DNA from: Crocosphaera subtropica ATCC 51142
Lineage (GTDB): Bacteria > Cyanobacteriota > Cyanobacteriia > Cyanobacteriales > Microcystaceae
Assembly: GCF_000017845.1 (NCBI RefSeq)
Contig: NC_010546.1
Location: 4,710,001 to 4,742,000, forward strand
Length of the DNA: 32,000 nucleotides
Direction: 5' to 3'
Shown here piece after piece: positions 28,349 to 32,000 of the stretch (the stretch's first letter is position 1; the number at the start of each line of letters is the position of its first letter). Both the position numbers and the translations under genes were made by a program. A model generated the notes under the pieces. The model searched no databases. It was given only the letters and a program-made list of their open reading frames with translations, and had not been told where the DNA came from.

Positions 28349-28518
28349 TTATTATCTATAGAATAAGTTAATTAAAGGATAAATATGAGAAAAAGTTGAA
28401 AAGAAACTGAAAAGTATCAAAGAATATTCCTTTAGACGTTGTAAGTCTCAATTTTAATCGATATCATAGGAAACGTACTGTATTAATTACTTCTCACACG
28501 GTATAACCGTTAATCATT

Positions 28519-28791
28519 ATGGAAAACATACAACTCATCAACATTGGGTTTGGCAATATTGTTTCTGCTAATCGAGTTATTGCTATTGTTAGCCCAGAAT
28601 CAGCCCCCATAAAGCGTATTATCACCGATGCTCGTGAAAGAGGTCAACTAATTGATGCCACCTATGGCCGTCGCACTCGTGCCGTTATAATTACTGATTC
28701 GAGTCATGTGGTGTTATCGGCCATACAACCAGAAACGGTCGCCCATCGTTTTGTGGTCAACAAAGAAACTGCCACCATCAACAGCAATTAA
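28519..28791 (+). CDS. remA: RemA/DUF370 family regulatory protein
   Basis: The 90-aa sequence [61 protein letters not shown] is the conserved RemA (YlzA) pattern. It sits immediately upstream of gmk, as in many bacteria. Confidence 0.85.
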   Translation: MENIQLINIGFGNIVSANRVIAIVSPESAPIKRIITDARERGQLIDATYGRRTRAVIITDSSHVVLSAIQPETVAHRFVVNKETATINSN

Positions 28792-28810
28792 TGTCCCTGG
28801 GACTAATTTC

Positions 28811-29380
28811 ATGGCATCAGGAAAGCTCATTGTATTAACCGGTCCTAGCGGTGTGGGAAAAGGCACCTTAGTCCGTGCTTTATTAAACCATCATCCCGAA
28901 CTCTATTTATCTATTTCTGCCACCACTCGTTCTCCTCGTCAGGGGGAAGTAGAGGGTAAAGATTACTATTTTTTAAGTAAGAGTGCCTTTGAAACCATGA
29001 TTGAGGAGAATCAGTTATTAGAATGGGCAGAATATGCCGGTAATTATTATGGGACTCCCCGTACTAAGGTTGAAGAAAAAATTAACCAAGGTTTAATTGT
29101 GCTTCTAGAAATAGAAGTGATTGGGGCAAAAGCCATAAAAAACAGCTTTCCTGATGCTTTGAGAATTTTTATCCTTCCCCCTTCAATTGAAGAATTAGAA
29201 CATCGTTTAAGAAGTCGAAAAACGGACTCAGAATCAGCAATTTTACGTCGTTTAGATAGGGCAAAAGAAGAATTGGCAGTCAGTGAAGAATTCGATAAGT
29301 GTATTATTAATGATGATTTAGAAATAGCTTTAGCGCAACTAGAAAAGGCTATTTTTTTTGATTCATCAATAACGAACTAA
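28811..29380 (+). CDS. gmk: guanylate kinase
   Basis: P-loop [12 protein letters not shown], plus ISATTR.PR.GE..G.DY.F and EWAEY.GNYYGTP. The start is set at ATG 28811 (MASGKLIVL...). The upstream part of the 28706 ORF overlaps remA in another frame. Confidence 0.92.
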   Translation: MASGKLIVLTGPSGVGKGTLVRALLNHHPELYLSISATTRSPRQGEVEGKDYYFLSKSAFETMIEENQLLEWAEYAGNYYGTPRTKVEEKINQGLIVLLEIEVIGAKAIKNSFPDALRIFILPPSIEELEHRLRSRKTDSESAILRRLDRAKEELAVSEEFDKCIINDDLEIALAQLEKAIFFDSSITN

Positions 29381-29590
29381 ATCTTTAAATAAGGATTGTA
29401 AAAACTTAGGTTAATTCATCTCAAAATGGTTTAATCACTAGATTAATATCAGAAAATTTACTTATAGTTGTGGTTAATCTTTATATTAGTGTCAGTATTT
29501 TTGGGGATTGACGCTAATTAATTATGATTCATATCTTAGTAATAAGATAGGGAAAATTGACCCTTCTTATGATCCCATGTAGGATAAACC

Positions 29591-29968
29591 ATGAATCATT
29601 CCACAAAGTTTAAACACGACTTAGAAAACCTAACCCAGAAGACATTTTACTTTTGTTTAGGTGCAACTTCTTCCATTGTTCAAAATACTCAAGACAATTT
29701 ACAACAGTTATCAAAAAATGCTCAACAAACTGTTGAAGAATTAATCAAACGAGGAGAAGATACTTATTCTCATTCTCCTGAAATTAATTTCCCCAATTTT
29801 CAAACCCAAGAATCTGTAAATATTGGTCTTAAAACTCGTCTTTTTATGTTAGTCAAAGGAGATAAAGACCTAGCAGAAAGATTAATTAATTTACAAAAAC
29901 AAAAAAATCCTGGACATCCTGAAAAATGGTATTGGGAAAAAGTTATTTATGACTTAGAAAGAAATTAA
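29591..29968 (+). CDS. hypothetical protein (125 aa)
   Basis: The ORF has no competitor and lies 54 nt upstream of the S8 protease gene. I recall C-terminal motifs like PGHPEKWYWEKVIYDLERN in other cyanobacterial proteins, but I cannot name a family. Confidence 0.5.
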   Translation: MNHSTKFKHDLENLTQKTFYFCLGATSSIVQNTQDNLQQLSKNAQQTVEELIKRGEDTYSHSPEINFPNFQTQESVNIGLKTRLFMLVKGDKDLAERLINLQKQKNPGHPEKWYWEKVIYDLERN

Positions 29969-30022
29969 AATTTAATAGAAAATAGTAAGCTTAATCAACA
30001 TAATTAATGGATAAACAAAACC

Positions 30023-31723
30023 ATGAAATTCTTAAAACGTATCGGAATAATTGCCTTATTTTTTCTGGGAGTCTCTTGGGCAGTTTGTAACTTTCAAGGA
30101 TTAGCTAATAAAGGAGAATTTGATTCTATAGTTCTGAACTTCAAACAAGATATTCCTATCACAGAAGTTGAAAACAAAATTAGCCAACTTAGTAAACAGT
30201 ATAATCAAGAAATTCATTTAAACAGCGAATTTTCTCAAAATGAAAGAATCTATATTCTCGAAGGAAATAAACAACTTCTGAATCAATTAAAACAATCTCA
30301 ACTCAGTGCGTTAGCAGATTATATTGAACCCAATTATCGATATCATACCCTAGAAGCTGTTAACGATCCCCGATATAGTGAACAATGGAATCTGCAAAAT
30401 ATTAATATTGAAGCTGCCTGGCGACAAGCCAAAGGGAAAGGGGTAACCGTTGCTGTTATTGACACAGGAGTTACCCCTGTTCCTGACTTACAAAGAACAG
30501 AATTTGTGGAAGGATATGACTTTGTTAATAATAAAAAAGAGGCTAATGACGATCATGGTCACGGGACTCATGTTGCTGGAACCATTGCTCAATCAACGAA
30601 TAATAGATATGGGGTTGCAGGGGTTGCTTATCAAGCAAAAATTATGCCTCTAAAAGTGTTATCTGCTGCCGGGTTTGGTACTATTTCTGATATTGCTGAA
30701 GCCATTCGTTTTGCTGCTGATCATAACGCCGATATTATTAACATGAGTTTAGGGGGTGGTGGGGCTAGTCAAATGATGGAAGATGCCATTAATTATGCCC
30801 ATGAAAAAGGTGTGGTTATTGTCGCAGCAGCCGGCAACGAAGGTCGTAGTTCTGCCTCTTATCCGTCTCGTTATGATAAAGTTATTAGTGTTTCTGCCTT
30901 GAATGCCAATAACGAGAAAGCCTTTTACTCCAATTATGGGGTGGGTGTAGATATTTCGGCCCCAGGGGGTGGAGAAGATAAAAAGATTCTTCAAGAAACC
31001 ATTGATCGCAATAGTGGACAAGCAACCATAGCCGGGTTTATGGGAACCAGTATGGCTTCTCCCCACGTTGCCGGCGTTGCGGCCTTAATTCGTTCGACTG
31101 GTGTTAAGGAACCCGATAAAATTCGTAAGATTTTAGAAGAGTCAGCCAAAGAAGTCGAAAACGATAAATTAAACTATTATGGTTCCGGTCAATTAGACGC
31201 AGAAGCAGCCATAAAATTAGCCAGAAAAGGACAATTTCCCCTACGGTTAGATCATGATCTATTAATGAAGCTGTTAATGTTAGCAGTGGCTTATGGGTTC
31301 ACCGCATGGTTCAGTAAGTCGATTCGTTTCACAGACGTTTTTCATCTGGGAATGGTATTAGGCAGTTGTGGCTTTTTCTTATTAAAGCTGGTCGAAATTT
31401 TCGATGTTCCCCAATGGCCATTAAGATTAGTGAGTAGTCCTATCGGAGAATGGGGCAATGCTATTCAAGGGACTGTCGATATTAATCCCATTTTTGCCAG
31501 TGTTCTGATTCCTTTCTGTCTCATGGCCTTACTATTAGGAAATCATGACGGAAAATGGTTTGCAATGGGGACAACCCTAGGAATGGCAGGATTTTTGACC
31601 GTGACCACCTTTACTTCTCCTGATCTCTGGTTATTGAGTCCAGGTTTAATGTCTCAAATCTTTTTAGGGGTTAATGCTTTGTTGTGTTTAGGGTTAGTTA
31701 GTTTATCTTTAAAAGAAAATTAA
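30023..31723 (+). CDS. S8 (subtilisin-like) serine peptidase with N-terminal signal/anchor, propeptide-like region and C-terminal polytopic membrane domain
   Basis: The catalytic triad contexts are VAVIDTG (D147), HGHGTHVAG (H180) and GTSMASPHVAG (S343). An oxyanion Asn lies in AAAGNEG. Residues ~412-562 (nt ~31256-31708) form about five hydrophobic helices. Confidence 0.9.
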   Translation: MKFLKRIGIIALFFLGVSWAVCNFQGLANKGEFDSIVLNFKQDIPITEVENKISQLSKQYNQEIHLNSEFSQNERIYILEGNKQLLNQLKQSQLSALADYIEPNYRYHTLEAVNDPRYSEQWNLQNINIEAAWRQAKGKGVTVAVIDTGVTPVPDLQRTEFVEGYDFVNNKKEANDDHGHGTHVAGTIAQSTNNRYGVAGVAYQAKIMPLKVLSAAGFGTISDIAEAIRFAADHNADIINMSLGGGGASQMMEDAINYAHEKGVVIVAAAGNEGRSSASYPSRYDKVISVSALNANNEKAFYSNYGVGVDISAPGGGEDKKILQETIDRNSGQATIAGFMGTSMASPHVAGVAALIRSTGVKEPDKIRKILEESAKEVENDKLNYYGSGQLDAEAAIKLARKGQFPLRLDHDLLMKLLMLAVAYGFTAWFSKSIRFTDVFHLGMVLGSCGFFLLKLVEIFDVPQWPLRLVSSPIGEWGNAIQGTVDINPIFASVLIPFCLMALLLGNHDGKWFAMGTTLGMAGFLTVTTFTSPDLWLLSPGLMSQIFLGVNALLCLGLVSLSLKEN

Positions 31724-31745
31724 GAAACTGACTAAGAACAATTTT

Positions 31746-31789
31746 GCGATCGCCTATTTCAAACCTGGAAGTAGGCGATCGCATTTTTT
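31746..31789 (+). terminator. intrinsic terminator built from two HIP1 copies
   Basis: GCGATCGCCTA (31746-31756), a 15-nt loop, TAGGCGATCGC (31772-31782), then ATTTTTT. It lies 22 nt after the protease stop codon. Confidence 0.6.
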
Positions 31790-31915
31790 GGAAAAATCCA
31801 ACACCAAACCCTGAACCCCTAACACCGAACTCAACTTACCTAGTTGGCAAAAGGTAATAAGTATGAGAACAATGGTTAAATATAAAATAAAAATAATACT
31901 GTCACCAACTAGCCG

Positions 31916-32000
31916 ATGAACGACAACGCAACTGCTAAGAACCGCCTTCTGGGAGAATTTGACTATTATTTATTTGGCCAAGGGGATCATCATCGCATCT
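31916..32000 (+). CDS. 5' end of an ORF leaving the window; possibly a 1,4-alpha-glucan branching enzyme-like protein
   Basis: The visible sequence is MNDNATAKNRLLGEFDYYLFGQGDHHRI. The D..LF..G.H.RI pattern resembles the N-terminus of some GlgB proteins. Only 28 codons are visible. Confidence 0.35.
   Translation, partial: MNDNATAKNRLLGEFDYYLFGQGDHHRI

Noticed and set aside
28706-28810. 35-codon 5' extension of gmk overlapping remA
   Set aside because: The extension ([17 protein letters not shown]...) overlaps the conserved RemA C-terminus in another frame. Guanylate kinase homology starts at [18 protein letters not shown] (ATG 28811).
30450-31066. ORFs 30450..30653 (+) and 30749..31066 (-)
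   Set aside because: They are nested in the S8 protease gene, whose catalytic motifs account for the region.

Overview
The window looks like a cyanobacterial chromosomal segment. This is an inference from at least 11 exact copies of the HIP1 palindrome GCGATCGC, plus sqdB, a pentapeptide-repeat protein, a GluR0-type channel and AT-rich codon usage. It resembles a unicellular Cyanothece/Crocosphaera-type genome, which cannot be verified here. I support about 28 protein-coding genes or gene remnants. I recognised no rRNA, tRNA, CRISPR array, transposase or integrase. From about 7.2 kb to 32 kb the content is ordinary. It includes a DUF423 protein, sqdB, two MscS-family channels, sbcD and a TPR protein. 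A minus-strand signalling operon encodes a hybrid histidine kinase, a REC-GGDEF regulator and a periplasmic binding protein. It is followed by a small His-tailed membrane protein, a pentapeptide-repeat protein, leuD, a GluR0-like K+ channel and an NhaP-type antiporter. The remainder holds a DegT-type aminotransferase, a GT4 glycosyltransferase, remA-gmk, a membrane-anchored S8 protease and the start of a possible branching-enzyme gene. The first ~6.7 kb look different. They are visibly more AT-rich and contain no HIP1 copy. They carry a DnaB-type helicase translationally coupled to an unknown upstream ORF. They also carry a three-gene cassette: a TerB-like/dynamin-like GTPase with a Gly-rich membrane segment, a co-transcribed 202-aa unknown, and a divergent 420-aa unknown. 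This block ends at an endonuclease V gene that appears to have lost its 5' end. That cassette is my best candidate for an undescribed accessory, possibly conflict or defence, system. Other observations made directly in the sequence:
- A C-terminal remnant of a paralogue of the 420-aa gene lies 20 kb away and shares a 26-nt near-identical core.
- A 99-codon small membrane-protein gene is interrupted by one in-frame TAA.
- A 48-nt in-frame insertion flanked by 9-nt direct repeats sits immediately before the GGEEF motif of the diguanylate cyclase.
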